In this document: positions 18,219-28,147 of the stretch, in pieces
Layout: the number at the start of each line of letters is the position of its first letter
Position numbering within the stretch: position 1 is the first letter of the stretch
DNA from: Candidatus Aenigmatarchaeota archaeon
GTDB lineage: Archaea > Aenigmatarchaeota > Aenigmatarchaeia > CG10238-14 > SCSR01
NCBI GenBank assembly: GCA_016187385.1
Contig: JACPJU010000001.1
Coordinates: 8,348-72,347, forward strand
Direction: 5' to 3'
DNA length: 64,000 nt
The notes under the pieces: model-generated
Databases searched by the model: none
Told to the model about the DNA's origin: nothing
The model's input: only the letters and a program-made list of their open reading frames with translations
Program-made: the position numbers and the translations under genes

Positions 18219-19355
18219 ATGAGAAGAACTTTCTACATTCTTCTTGTTGCAGTTTTTGCAAGTCAACTCACTATTGGTGTTGTTAATGTTATCTTGCCGC
18301 TCTATTTCCGAAGCTTGAAAATGGACATGACAAACTTGAATTTAATTTTCACCGTTTTTGAATTCACACTGCTCTTCGCGATGGCATTCATTGGCAAAAT
18401 ATCCGATGTTATTGGAAGGAAATATATTGTTGCATTCTCGCTTTTGCTACACACCATAGTATCTTATCTTAATGTCGTGTCAACGAAAATTCTTGAATTT
18501 GCCGTGTTGCGCGCAATAAGGTCTTTTGCGACAGTTACAGACAATGTAGTTGCACCAGCTTACGTCGCAGACATCTTCAGAAACGGGCGAGGAATGAAAA
18601 TCGGCTTCTTGAATGCGTTCAGGCATTCCGGAGTTGCTATAGGAGGTCTGATAGGTGGTGTCATTTTTGGGTTGCTCGGATTCAAATATGCATTCTATCT
18701 GACATCGGGAATTACATTTATGGTTTTCTTATTTTCTGTCACATTAATGAAGGAGCCCGTCAAAGAAATTCCGAAAGTCAATTTCAACAGGAATTTGTCG
18801 AAGGACCTCATAAGACTTGCATTAGTAAGCGTGATAATATGGGCAGGCGTTAGGGCAATAACACCGACACTATTTCCTGTTTATATTTCAGAGGTATTCC
18901 ATCAATCACCAGCTATAGTCGGTCTTATTATCGGTGTTGGAACTCTGGGATTCTCTTTGTTCAATATTGTTGGCGGTAAGATGATACATTCTTTAGGTAT
19001 CAAAAAAACGACCTTGATCTCCATATCAATATACGCGGTAGCTTCTCTGATGTTATATTTCTCAAATAATTTGATACTATCATCCATCCTATTCTTCATT
19101 GTGATGTCTGCATTCGGATTGAGCAATACTGGATTTTCAACATGGTCTGTTCTTCTTTCGCGCGACCATAAAAGGGCCCAGGACATTGGCATATACAGGA
19201 TGATTGCCGGCATAGGCGCGATTCCGGGACTTTTAATAAGCGGCTTGCTAGCTGACTTTTTTGGGTTTAAGTCTGTCTTTCTATTCGCGGCGATTGTTTT
19301 CATAGCTTCGTTGGTTTCGACCAAGATATTTTTGCAAGATGTTAAAACAGTCTAG
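18219..19355 (+). CDS. MFS transporter
   Basis: GKISDVIGRK motif A, about 12 TM segments. Confidence 0.9.
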   Translation: MRRTFYILLVAVFASQLTIGVVNVILPLYFRSLKMDMTNLNLIFTVFEFTLLFAMAFIGKISDVIGRKYIVAFSLLLHTIVSYLNVVSTKILEFAVLRAIRSFATVTDNVVAPAYVADIFRNGRGMKIGFLNAFRHSGVAIGGLIGGVIFGLLGFKYAFYLTSGITFMVFLFSVTLMKEPVKEIPKVNFNRNLSKDLIRLALVSVIIWAGVRAITPTLFPVYISEVFHQSPAIVGLIIGVGTLGFSLFNIVGGKMIHSLGIKKTTLISISIYAVASLMLYFSNNLILSSILFFIVMSAFGLSNTGFSTWSVLLSRDHKRAQDIGIYRMIAGIGAIPGLLISGLLADFFGFKSVFLFAAIVFIASLVSTKIFLQDVKTV

Positions 19356-20205
19356 TCAGAAGGAAAATCAGATCTCCATAAAATAATGTGGTTAAAATCG
19401 CTAACGGGAATGCCGCTGCAAATGGCACACCAAGTTTTATGTCAACGTATTTTTTGCCGGATTTTTTCAATGATTTGATTTGCTCGGCTGTGACGCCAAC
19501 CAGTTTTTTCTCTCCCAACAACATGTCGCCAACCTTCAAGCCCGAGACAGGAACTTTCTTTCTGAATCCATACGATTCTATAGATTTGGCGAATCTCCAA
19601 ATGATGTACATAGCAAAACAGGCAAGCAAAGGATAAACAGAAATATACAGAGCTCGCTCAAAATCAAACGAACCATATAGAAGTTTTGTAATGTTGACGC
19701 TGCCAACATAAAATAAGACGAACAATCCTACAGAACCCATTACAAGAATGTTCATGCTGGCTTTCAAATCTTTTACAAATCCGAAAATTACTTTTCTGTT
19801 TCTCAGAGCATAGACAAGACCGTATAACAGCATGTAAACAGCACCCACGATGAACAGATTGACCAGATAACTTATGGGAAACGGAAGTATTGTTTTTGAA
19901 AATACGCTCGGCACAAACGGCAAAATGAAACCAACCGACGACAAAATCAACGAATCGGCGCCTCCCCATTGTCCTGTGTAATACATGAAACCGCCGAATG
20001 CGAGAAAACCAAGACCATAAATCAAGCTCCACAATACAGGCCAGTAGCTTCCTTCGGCGATGGACAAGTAGCCGTTGAACAGCAATCCGAAAGCTATCAT
20101 AACATAGAGAAGTTGGTCAGGAACTTCTGTTGTCTTCAAGTCCCATATTGCAGCTATTGTTGTTCCAGTAAAAGCAACTGCTAGAGGAATATATTCGACG
20201 ACCAT
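19342..20205 (-). CDS. A24-family prepilin/preflagellin peptidase
   Basis: WDLKTTEVPD, WGGAD, GVPFAAAF. Confidence 0.88.
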   Translation of the reverse strand: MVVEYIPLAVAFTGTTIAAIWDLKTTEVPDQLLYVMIAFGLLFNGYLSIAEGSYWPVLWSLIYGLGFLAFGGFMYYTGQWGGADSLILSSVGFILPFVPSVFSKTILPFPISYLVNLFIVGAVYMLLYGLVYALRNRKVIFGFVKDLKASMNILVMGSVGLFVLFYVGSVNITKLLYGSFDFERALYISVYPLLACFAMYIIWRFAKSIESYGFRKKVPVSGLKVGDMLLGEKKLVGVTAEQIKSLKKSGKKYVDIKLGVPFAAAFPLAILTTLFYGDLIFLLTRLF

Positions 20206-20307
20206 CAAGATAACTTGAATTTTTTTCAATATATTGATGATGGTTAGTTCTACAAATCTTTTTTAGTTTAACTGACTCTATAAGATTAACAGTTAAGGAT
20301 GTTGCAT

Positions 20308-20874
20308 ATGAGTACTCTGACAATGTTAAAGGAACATCTAGAATCCCTTTCCGGGATCGAAACTGTTAATTTTCGTCAAGAAAACCATTATCCAAAGACT
20401 GATGGTATATGGACAGAATTTGTCAGGATCGATGTTGTTCCGTCTGGGCTTTTTAAAAATGGTGTATACAGGGAAAATGAATTAACAGAACTGGCCAAAA
20501 AATTGGTTCCTCCTAATTTACAACCAAACGATGAGATTGGGTGCAGAGCAGAACTTGGGACACTAATATACCCAAAATTATTTTTCGATGAAGAAATTCC
20601 GGGAGAAGAACTCGATGGAAAATATGACAGTTCAGGACAATATCTTAGAAGAATTGTTGTAACAGGTTATCCACATATGAAAATCGCCGAAGAAGCTTCA
20701 CGAAGTATATGGTATAAATATGCATCTAGGATTCCTGAAGATGTTCTGGCAACTTATGATCATAAACGAAGAATTTACATACCAAGCTTAAACTTGCAAA
20801 CACAACCAGAAACAAAGTATGTTGCACGATTTGAAATTTTAAAGAGGATTAGAGGACTCTTGCCAGCACATTAA
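20308..20874 (+). CDS. Hypothetical protein
   Basis: About 188-aa ORF. Confidence 0.6.
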   Translation: MSTLTMLKEHLESLSGIETVNFRQENHYPKTDGIWTEFVRIDVVPSGLFKNGVYRENELTELAKKLVPPNLQPNDEIGCRAELGTLIYPKLFFDEEIPGEELDGKYDSSGQYLRRIVVTGYPHMKIAEEASRSIWYKYASRIPEDVLATYDHKRRIYIPSLNLQTQPETKYVARFEILKRIRGLLPAH

Positions 20875-21014
20875 CCGTATCTCTTGAATCCAAGACTGGA
20901 AGCTATCTCGCGTATGCATCTGCGGCAATAGTACAAATCATACTTCCTGATAACGCCGCGATGAGTTTTACATCTTCGGCATTCACGAGTAGCTTTCCCG
21001 AACTTCTTGGTCGT
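20871..21014 (-). CDS. rps14: 30S ribosomal protein uS14 (S14/S29) with anomalous start
   Basis: Manual translation TTKKFGKATRECRRCKTHRGVIRKYDLYYCRRCIREIASSLGFKRYG*; no in-frame ATG/GTG/TTG before an upstream TAA. Confidence 0.92.
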   Translation of the reverse strand, partial: TTKKFGKATRECRRCKTHRGVIRKYDLYYCRRCIREIASSLGFKRYG

Positions 21015-21173
21015 TTAACCACCTGTATTGCCAAGAACAGTGAGAACTTCCATGTTGCCTGTGAATTCCAATTCCATTATCTTTTCGAAAACACGGGTAT
21101 AAGTTTGCGGGAAATCCTTGTTCCATTCGGCCTGTCTCAAAATAGAGCCGCTGACTTCAATTACCATATCCAT
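21015..21173 (-). CDS. 52-aa hypothetical protein between rpl5 and rps14
   Basis: MDMVIEVSGSILRQAEWNKDFPQTYTRVFEKIMELEFTGNMEVLTVLGNTGG*; fills the gap tightly. Confidence 0.55.
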   Translation of the reverse strand: MDMVIEVSGSILRQAEWNKDFPQTYTRVFEKIMELEFTGNMEVLTVLGNTGG

Positions 21174-21177
21174 CAAT

Positions 21178-21684
21178 TCACTCAACATTAACACCTCTCC
21201 GCTTAAGCCAATTTATCGCGTCTTCTTTATAAATCTTATGCGACTTGCCTATTATACTCTTTTTGATCCTGCGCTTCTTGATGTGGAAGCCGGGTCTTTC
21301 CAAAGTCACTGCAACATCCAGACCAAACATCCCTATCTGCGGAGAATAACGAACATTTGGAAGATCTATGTATTCGCGGACTCCAAGATTGATGTTGCCA
21401 GAGCTGTCGACATTGGAATTCTTAACATTGTTGTCAAAAGCTTTCAATGTTCTTTCGAAAAATTCTTCCGCAGGTTTCTTTCTCAATGTAACCTTGACTC
21501 CGAGAGGCTTCCCCTTGGGGATTCCGAATGTTGATCTCTTTTTTGATTTCGTAATTACAGGTTTCCTGTTTGTAAGCATCTCCAGAAGCTTCTGCGCTTT
21601 CTCTATCTTCTGCTTGTCGTCACCGCATCCTATGTTCAAAGTGATTTTTTCAATTCTGATCTGACGCATTGGATTTTCCTGCAT
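21178..21684 (-). CDS. rpl5: 50S ribosomal protein uL5
   Basis: NPMRQIRIEKITLNIG, STFGI, KVTLR, GMFGLDV. Confidence 0.96.
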   Translation of the reverse strand: MQENPMRQIRIEKITLNIGCGDDKQKIEKAQKLLEMLTNRKPVITKSKKRSTFGIPKGKPLGVKVTLRKKPAEEFFERTLKAFDNNVKNSNVDSSGNINLGVREYIDLPNVRYSPQIGMFGLDVAVTLERPGFHIKKRRIKKSIIGKSHKIYKEDAINWLKRRGVNVE

Positions 21685-21692
21685 ACAATACC

Positions 21693-22388
21693 TCAAGCGA
21701 TTTTCATAACAGGCTTGTCCTTGCCCACAACAATGAAGCTGCCCCTTTCGATTATCTTTTCTTCTTTGCCGATCTCGCACAACACTTTAGGCGTTTGTTT
21801 CATGCCGCCTTTAATCAAGTCTTTCACTTTAGCAAGCTTTCCCACATTCTCGCCCTTGACGACCAATCCCGTATTTCCTTTCGTCAGAGGCAAGTGATCG
21901 ATAATTTTGAGTGACGGTAACTCCAAGAGTAGCGAATCCCCTGTCTTATAATTGCCATCGGCTACTAAAATATTTTTACCGTTGTCGAGATTGAGCTGGA
22001 CTTTGCCTTTTTCCAGGACTGTTTTGTTTTTGATCTTGCAGATTTTCATTGATTCTTTTTCATTTATTTCAATTATTTCCAAACCTTTCGGTGTTGGTAT
22101 GACGCGATAACTTTTTTTCAAGCTCGGGATTGAAACCAAGTCGAACAATCCGACTGGATAACCGTAATCTTTTCTTCTCTTGCCGTCGACAAACAGTTCG
22201 CCTTTTCTTATGATTTTTTTGGCTTCTGATGTCGTGTCAGCTATTTTCAGAATGCTTGTAAGGATTATGGACAAAGGTATTGAAGAGAATTTTGGATGGG
22301 GTCCTGGCCTAGGTGTGACTACCCATTTGCTTTCTTTTCTTTTTACCCCCCAAAATTTGGGCGCTAGCAATCTTTTCAAGTGTGGCAT
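21693..22388 (-). CDS. rps4e: 30S ribosomal protein S4e
   Basis: HLKRLLAPKFW, PRPGPH, VDGKRRKDYGYPVGLFD. Confidence 0.96.
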   Translation of the reverse strand: MPHLKRLLAPKFWGVKRKESKWVVTPRPGPHPKFSSIPLSIILTSILKIADTTSEAKKIIRKGELFVDGKRRKDYGYPVGLFDLVSIPSLKKSYRVIPTPKGLEIIEINEKESMKICKIKNKTVLEKGKVQLNLDNGKNILVADGNYKTGDSLLLELPSLKIIDHLPLTKGNTGLVVKGENVGKLAKVKDLIKGGMKQTPKVLCEIGKEEKIIERGSFIVVGKDKPVMKIA

Positions 22389-22499
22389 GCTTTTCAACAA
22401 TTTATTTCAGATATTTATATTGTTTTTATAACATTGAGTGAAAGGCTAGATTTATAAACATTTAAGGGACCTGGAAAACAATTAATTATTTAGAGACTG

Positions 22500-23435
22500 A
22501 TGGGAATACGGGAGCATTTTCATTTCAAAGACACGGCAAAAATTTATATATTGACATGGCAGTTTATTCTGTTGAGATTCGCCTTGATGCTTGTCTTCAT
22601 TGGCATAGCAGTTTTCTATTTTTCTTCTATCCTAGGCGTGGTCTTGAGCCAGATTGGAGTAGATTCGATATTCAAGGTTATATTGTCAGTAGGCAGCATT
22701 TCCACTGCGACATATCTCTATTATCATATTTACAAGCTGTTTTCAAGATACATATTTTACATTGTTAAAAGTGCTCACATCGCGTTAATAACCGATTATA
22801 TCCAGAATGGCAGAACACCCAAATTAAATCAGCTGTTCCAAGGATTCAGGCTGATGAAGGACAGGTTTTTATCGATATCATTGCTTTTTGTTGTTGACAG
22901 GGTTTTAGAAGCTGTGTTGAAGGAAGTACATCAAAGAATAATGAAATTCGGCGCTGACCTCAAGCTGCCGAAAGCATTGACTTACATCATCAGCGGCACC
23001 ATTCACACTGCAACGAACTATGTCGACGAAGCTATACTTGCATATATGTTCACGCGAAAAAACGAGAGTGCGTGGAAGTCTGCTAAGGATGGTTTGATTC
23101 TTTATGTCAAGAATTGGATGTGGATTTTAGCGACTGCTGCTATACTGTCAGCTATTGTATATGGAACGATGGCATTCTTTGGAGTTTATGTATACTTTGA
23201 AGGCATACCATTCAACTCGGCAGGCGTAATCTTGCAATCCATCTATGGCGTAATGACAGTCGGTATAGTTATTCTTGCATATTCTGGAATAGTCCAGCCT
23301 TTTATGGAAATATCTATCATAGTCACTTATCTGAAAGAAATCAAAGGCCAAACACCAGACAGCAAAACATTCCAATGGGTAAAAAACAATTCAAAGAATT
23401 TCTCACGATTGTTAATGCCAAAATTGCCTGTGTAA
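22500..23435 (+). CDS. Hypothetical membrane protein
   Basis: 311 aa, several TM segments, YVDEAILAY, SAKDGLILY. Confidence 0.75.
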   Translation: MGIREHFHFKDTAKIYILTWQFILLRFALMLVFIGIAVFYFSSILGVVLSQIGVDSIFKVILSVGSISTATYLYYHIYKLFSRYIFYIVKSAHIALITDYIQNGRTPKLNQLFQGFRLMKDRFLSISLLFVVDRVLEAVLKEVHQRIMKFGADLKLPKALTYIISGTIHTATNYVDEAILAYMFTRKNESAWKSAKDGLILYVKNWMWILATAAILSAIVYGTMAFFGVYVYFEGIPFNSAGVILQSIYGVMTVGIVILAYSGIVQPFMEISIIVTYLKEIKGQTPDSKTFQWVKNNSKNFSRLLMPKLPV

Positions 23436-23461
23436 GAAAACATTAAATTATCAAAGGTTAC

Positions 23462-23800
23462 TCACACAGATATTAATTCGAGTTCTGGATCTTGGGCAAC
23501 ACGACCATATATTTTATATTGCCCGTGTCTTAGTTTTATAAATAAATCAACAAATCCTATTTCCGCATCTTCTCTAGAATTCCAATAAATTTGATTTATG
23601 CCATGAGGGAGGGGTTGCCACAAGTCATGTTCAGGGAGAGTGTAGAATGGTACATATGGTTTTATTGGGTCAGAGCCAGGCGGACTTGGATCCCATTCCC
23701 CTAAATGAAGCAATAAATATGTTATAGCTGTATTACCTTGAAGCGTGCCATAAAACTTAGTTGGATCTAAATCGACTCTTTCTGTTCTCAGCGTTCTCAT
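23462..23800 (-). CDS. Hypothetical protein
   Basis: 112-aa ORF. Confidence 0.5.
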   Translation of the reverse strand: MRTLRTERVDLDPTKFYGTLQGNTAITYLLLHLGEWDPSPPGSDPIKPYVPFYTLPEHDLWQPLPHGINQIYWNSREDAEIGFVDLFIKLRHGQYKIYGRVAQDPELELISV

Positions 23801-23854
23801 AGTTTATTATTTGAGTGATAATTTTATAAGCTTTTTTGCATCATTCAAAGTTGT

Positions 23855-26800
23855 TTATCCTGTTAGTGGCTTGAACACTTTAACAAAACCAGCTGTTATT
23901 GGATTAGTTGCATTTGTGGCATTCTGGACTACTTCAGATGGTATCGTTATCGCTTGCTCTTGCTGCAGATACTTGGAAAGTATAGAATTTATGAAATCTA
24001 TTATGAAAAGTAGCATTTGCTTGAGTCCGCCCACTTCTTCTTTTGTTTCCTTCACTTCCTTCTTAAGCTCGTCCAACTTTTGAATCATAAGCTCTAGGGC
24101 AGCGGGCGAAATGCCTGAACCTTGGCACGGAACTTTTGTTGCACACTTGTCGACACACGCCTTCAAATCAATCTCTGTCGCAGTGCCTTTGCTGATAGCT
24201 TCCTCGGCTTTCTCAAGAGTTGATGTACATGTGTTGATGCAATCATCATCTGTTACAAAATTAAAGCATTCCCCGACTGGCGTAGCCGCAACAGGCGTAC
24301 ATACTTTTTGAATGCAGTTCTCGCCGCATGAAACTTCCTTGCACGCTGACTCGAAAGGCGTGGACGGTACATAACCTTGGTATTCATATCCTTCCTTGTA
24401 TTGCAGGACAACACCTTGGACTACTTCGGCCTTTTCATAAGAAGTGCTGCTGGCTTCCAAATGAATTATGTATTTTCCTTCCGTACATTCGTATTTGCTT
24501 ATGAATTGATTGCCTGTGTATCTTTTCAAGCGATAGTCGTAGTATAAGGTGAATTGCTTGACGCACCCTTTGAGTTCTTCTGTCGGGCTTAGGGTGCCGT
24601 CGATTGCAGCGAATTCCACAGATTTACCATTTTCATCCTTCACTTCAGCGTACATAACAAGATTGGCAGCGTCTACTTGGCTGTCCATACGGAATCCTGT
24701 TTCAATAAAGAGCTTGGCCAGTGCTAAATCAAATTCTTTCAATATCTCCGCATCGGCATAACCTGGAGCATTCACTGTCAATTTCAAAGCATACTCGCCT
24801 GTTGAACATTCTGATGGTATGTACGGGCTGTCCAAGAAATATCTTTGAATGAATTCACCTTTGTATAAGACAGGTTTCACCGGCGACAGATAGATTCTGC
24901 ATACAGAAGGCTTGTAGAATCCTTCCTTGGTAGCTGGTTCTGCAAATAACGGAAACACTTCTCCGGAAACCCAGGCGTCTTTCGCAACAGTTCCATTTGG
25001 ATACGTGACTAGAATCTTCATGTACATCCTATCGTTTGGCTTGTAGCTGGTTTTGTCCAGCGAAACTTCGACATTCAGTTTCTGCTTGGTGATTTCTATA
25101 GCTTTTGTAAGCACGATCTCTTCGGGATGTTTAGAGATTTTAATTTCCATGGTGTAATTGCCGACAGCGAACCAATCCTCGACTGTCCAAGATTCTATTT
25201 CATAAAAGCCGTCTTTGAATGTTGTTGACAGGTATCGAGTGGCAAATCCCTGCGGGTCTTTTACTTGTATGCCGACTGAAGCATCTTTAACTGTTTCACC
25301 GTCTTTATCGTAAACTTTTATTCTTCCTTTCAAGACATCCTTCGGGCTTAGGACATTCTTTTCGAGCACAACATCGGCATTCAAACCCCTCTTGCCTACA
25401 GTAATGGTTGTGCTGGCGTTTGCTTTCTGCTCTTTCCATGTCGTGCTGACTGTGAACTGATATTTCTTTCCCACGCTGTCATAGTCGAGATAATATTTGT
25501 AAATGTACACATCACCGAGTATGGAGGGATATATGACCTGTAAAAGCTTGCCGGTGTCTCCGTCGCGAAGCTCGCCTGTAAGATACAAATCTTTGATGGC
25601 ATTTCCCAAGGCATCTTTCGCTGTTACAGTCAATGCTACAGAATCTCCCGAGAAGTAATCTTTTTTATCTGCAGTTATCGTGAAGGTTTGTATCGTCGGT
25701 TTGATTACTTTCAATGAAGCGTCTGCGCTTGTGGTTTTGAAATCAGAGTGAGAAACTTCTATGGATAAAGTATAATCGCCTGTTGAGATGCTCTCGCTGA
25801 GATAGTATGAAGCCTTGTAGCAATCGCATAGGGAAGAATAGAAGAAATAGAGATTGTATGTTTTTGGTCCAGTAAGGTTGCCTTTTATGTAAGCGTCTGT
25901 GACAAGCTTGCCTGAAGCGTCTGTTACAGTAATTTTAGGATCTAGGAATTCGTTAGGATAATATGTCGTCTTTGGTAAGTTGATTTTTATTTGTATAGAT
26001 TGCTTGCCGCTTGTGACAGCTACGCTCGTGCCTTTACCGACATTGCCAGCGTCGTCCTTGCATTCAAAATAAATATTGTGAGTGCCTTCCGGCAAGCCAC
26101 TAGCAAATGTGTAAGACGCTGCTCCGCTAGAAACTGTTGCTGTGTAGTTGGCGTCATTCTTTACAAGCTTGCATTCTTTGACGCCTATGTTGTCCGAGAC
26201 TGTTGCTGAAAAGGTTGATTGTTTGTTTGGTGTTACTGAAGTTGGGCTGGCGCTTCCGACAGCAGGAGATGTTGTGTCTGATGGTTGCGTTATTTGCGTT
26301 GCCAAAGTTGTAAAAGTGTTATCACCTGACACGCCTTGATTGTTTGAAACGTCCTTCGACTTTACTCGATAATGGTAAGTTGTTGATGAGGATAAGCCGG
26401 TCAAAGTAAATTTATGCGATGTCTTCAGGGTAGAATTGCTACCAACACTTCCGTAGTTCGTGTCTTTTCCATATTCCAATTCTGACGTAGCGCTTTCGTC
26501 TGTTGTCCACGATATGGCTGCAGATTCGTTTGTTATGCTTGATGCGGAGATGGATGAAATAGATGGTGCTGTCGTGTCTGATGACGGCGATGCTGTAGTT
26601 GCGAATGACGAACTTGCTGTTGCTTGAACACCGGAAGCGTCTCTTGACTTGGCCCGGTAATAATATGTTGTCGATGAAGATAAGCCGGTCAAAGTAACTG
26701 TATGGGATGTTGTCATGCTTTCGTTAGTGACATTGGTGCCGTATGTTGTGTCTTTGCCGTATTCGATTTCTGTAGTCGAACTGTTATCGGTTGTCCAAGT

Positions 26801-26914
26801 TATAGTCACTAATTCGTGTGTTGCAGTTACAGAAGACGGTGGTATGATGCTTAAAGCCAAGACCGTGGGGATAACTGAAAGAAATAGGAATATAAATACC
26901 AGTATCTTTTTCAC
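23855..26914 (-). CDS. Large secreted/surface protein: 2 FN3-like repeats, Ig-like and MG-like domains, Cys-rich and coiled-coil C-terminus
   Basis: Signal peptide MKKILVFIFLFLSVIPTVLA; repeats WTTD..TS.IEYG...LTGLSSSTTY(Y/H)YR; four xDK.xY.P.D-type starts. Confidence 0.85.
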   Translation of the reverse strand: MKKILVFIFLFLSVIPTVLALSIIPPSSVTATHELVTITWTTDNSSTTEIEYGKDTTYGTNVTNESMTTSHTVTLTGLSSSTTYYYRAKSRDASGVQATASSSFATTASPSSDTTAPSISSISASSITNESAAISWTTDESATSELEYGKDTNYGSVGSNSTLKTSHKFTLTGLSSSTTYHYRVKSKDVSNNQGVSGDNTFTTLATQITQPSDTTSPAVGSASPTSVTPNKQSTFSATVSDNIGVKECKLVKNDANYTATVSSGAASYTFASGLPEGTHNIYFECKDDAGNVGKGTSVAVTSGKQSIQIKINLPKTTYYPNEFLDPKITVTDASGKLVTDAYIKGNLTGPKTYNLYFFYSSLCDCYKASYYLSESISTGDYTLSIEVSHSDFKTTSADASLKVIKPTIQTFTITADKKDYFSGDSVALTVTAKDALGNAIKDLYLTGELRDGDTGKLLQVIYPSILGDVYIYKYYLDYDSVGKKYQFTVSTTWKEQKANASTTITVGKRGLNADVVLEKNVLSPKDVLKGRIKVYDKDGETVKDASVGIQVKDPQGFATRYLSTTFKDGFYEIESWTVEDWFAVGNYTMEIKISKHPEEIVLTKAIEITKQKLNVEVSLDKTSYKPNDRMYMKILVTYPNGTVAKDAWVSGEVFPLFAEPATKEGFYKPSVCRIYLSPVKPVLYKGEFIQRYFLDSPYIPSECSTGEYALKLTVNAPGYADAEILKEFDLALAKLFIETGFRMDSQVDAANLVMYAEVKDENGKSVEFAAIDGTLSPTEELKGCVKQFTLYYDYRLKRYTGNQFISKYECTEGKYIIHLEASSTSYEKAEVVQGVVLQYKEGYEYQGYVPSTPFESACKEVSCGENCIQKVCTPVAATPVGECFNFVTDDDCINTCTSTLEKAEEAISKGTATEIDLKACVDKCATKVPCQGSGISPAALELMIQKLDELKKEVKETKEEVGGLKQMLLFIIDFINSILSKYLQQEQAITIPSEVVQNATNATNPITAGFVKVFKPLTG

Positions 26915-26964
26915 TATCCCACTAGAAACTAATTTGGATTTTCTTATAAATAAGGTTAGAAAGA

Positions 26965-27372
26965 TTATTTGGACTGAACTGTGGATGGTTGCTCTGTGAC
27001 TATTTTGACTCCTTTCCTTTCTATTATCTTTTGTCTTTTCTTGTCATCAAGATTCAAGCTTATTATCTTGAGCTTGCTCGGACTCAACGAAATCTGGGCT
27101 TCAGTACCAACGGTTCTCTTTCTTGTCACGCCTTCGAGATAAACGCGATATTTCTTGAAATTGACTCGTGCTATCTTTCCTGTCTTACCTTTCAGTTTTC
27201 CGCTCATCACCTGGACCTCATCGCCTTTCCTTACTGGCATTGCCCTTCGCTTGTATTTTTCGCGCAATTCTTTTGACAAATGGGATGATAATATCTTTCT
27301 TTTGAGATGCAACGGTGCTGTGTGCAAGAACTTTCTCTGCTTCCCTGGTTTTTTTGATTTTGGTCGTTTCAT
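26965..27372 (-). CDS. rpl24: 50S ribosomal protein uL24
   Basis: KPGKQRK..HTAPLH, VRKGDEV. Confidence 0.96.
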   Translation of the reverse strand: MKRPKSKKPGKQRKFLHTAPLHLKRKILSSHLSKELREKYKRRAMPVRKGDEVQVMSGKLKGKTGKIARVNFKKYRVYLEGVTRKRTVGTEAQISLSPSKLKIISLNLDDKKRQKIIERKGVKIVTEQPSTVQSK

Positions 27373-27771
27373 TTACACCACTATAGTCGCAATTTTTCCG
27401 ATGGTAGAAAATCTCTCCACGACTTCCTTTGCTATAGGACCCTTGACTTCGGTTCCTTTAGGAGCTCCTTTTTCGTCTGTCAGCACGGCTGCATTGTCCT
27501 CGAAGCTGATTCTCATGCCGTCTGGTCGCCTGAATTCCTGTCTCTGCCTTACGATGACACCATTGAACATTTGCTTCCTGACTTTGGGGTCGCCTTCCTT
27601 CACAGAGACTTTTATCAAGCTGCCAATGCCTGCTTTGGGCATTCTCTTTCTCCTGCCTTTGTAACCTGAAACAGAAATTATCTGCAAGAGCTTGGCGCCG
27701 CTGTTGTCAGCACATGTTAGGTAACTACCAACATTCAGTCCTTTTGTGACAGAAGCCTTGATGCCTTTCAT
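27373..27771 (-). CDS. rpl14: 50S ribosomal protein uL14
   Basis: CADNSGAK, FEDNAAV, KGPIAKE. Confidence 0.97.
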   Translation of the reverse strand: MKGIKASVTKGLNVGSYLTCADNSGAKLLQIISVSGYKGRRKRMPKAGIGSLIKVSVKEGDPKVRKQMFNGVIVRQRQEFRRPDGMRISFEDNAAVLTDEKGAPKGTEVKGPIAKEVVERFSTIGKIATIVV

Positions 27772-28097
27772 CCGCCCACCTTTTCAATGACAATGAAGTG
27801 CTTTGTTTTGCTTATCGGGCGGCATTCAGCCAGTGTCACGATATCTCCTTCTTTTGCGTCGATGCAAGTTGGATTATATGCTGTGATTTTCGAATGTCGC
27901 CTCTCGTATCTTTCGTATTTCGGCACAAAATTAAGATACGATCGTGAGATAATGGCTGTTTTCGTGGCTTTGGCGGAAACCACCTTGCCTTTGATGATGT
28001 TGCCTCTGACAGGAAGTATTCCGTGCCAGCAACATTTTGGATCTGAACATTCTTTTGATGGCGGTTTTGCGTCCACGCCAATGTTTCTCGCTTTCAT
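27768..28097 (-). CDS. rps17: 30S ribosomal protein uS17
   Basis: CSDPKCCWHG..VRG, PKYERYERR, ECRPISKTK. Confidence 0.96.
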   Translation of the reverse strand: MKARNIGVDAKPPSKECSDPKCCWHGILPVRGNIIKGKVVSAKATKTAIISRSYLNFVPKYERYERRHSKITAYNPTCIDAKEGDIVTLAECRPISKTKHFIVIEKVGG

Positions 28098-28147
28098 TCT
28101 ATCAGCTTTATTAATTAACACAAGATATGTTTTTATTCTTTTTTAAA

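Noticed and set aside
21685-21780. N-terminal extensions in the ORF track for rpl5 (also gatE to 46008, ychF to 52376, rps27e from 2979)
   Set aside because: They overlap neighbouring genes; family homology starts at downstream Met codons
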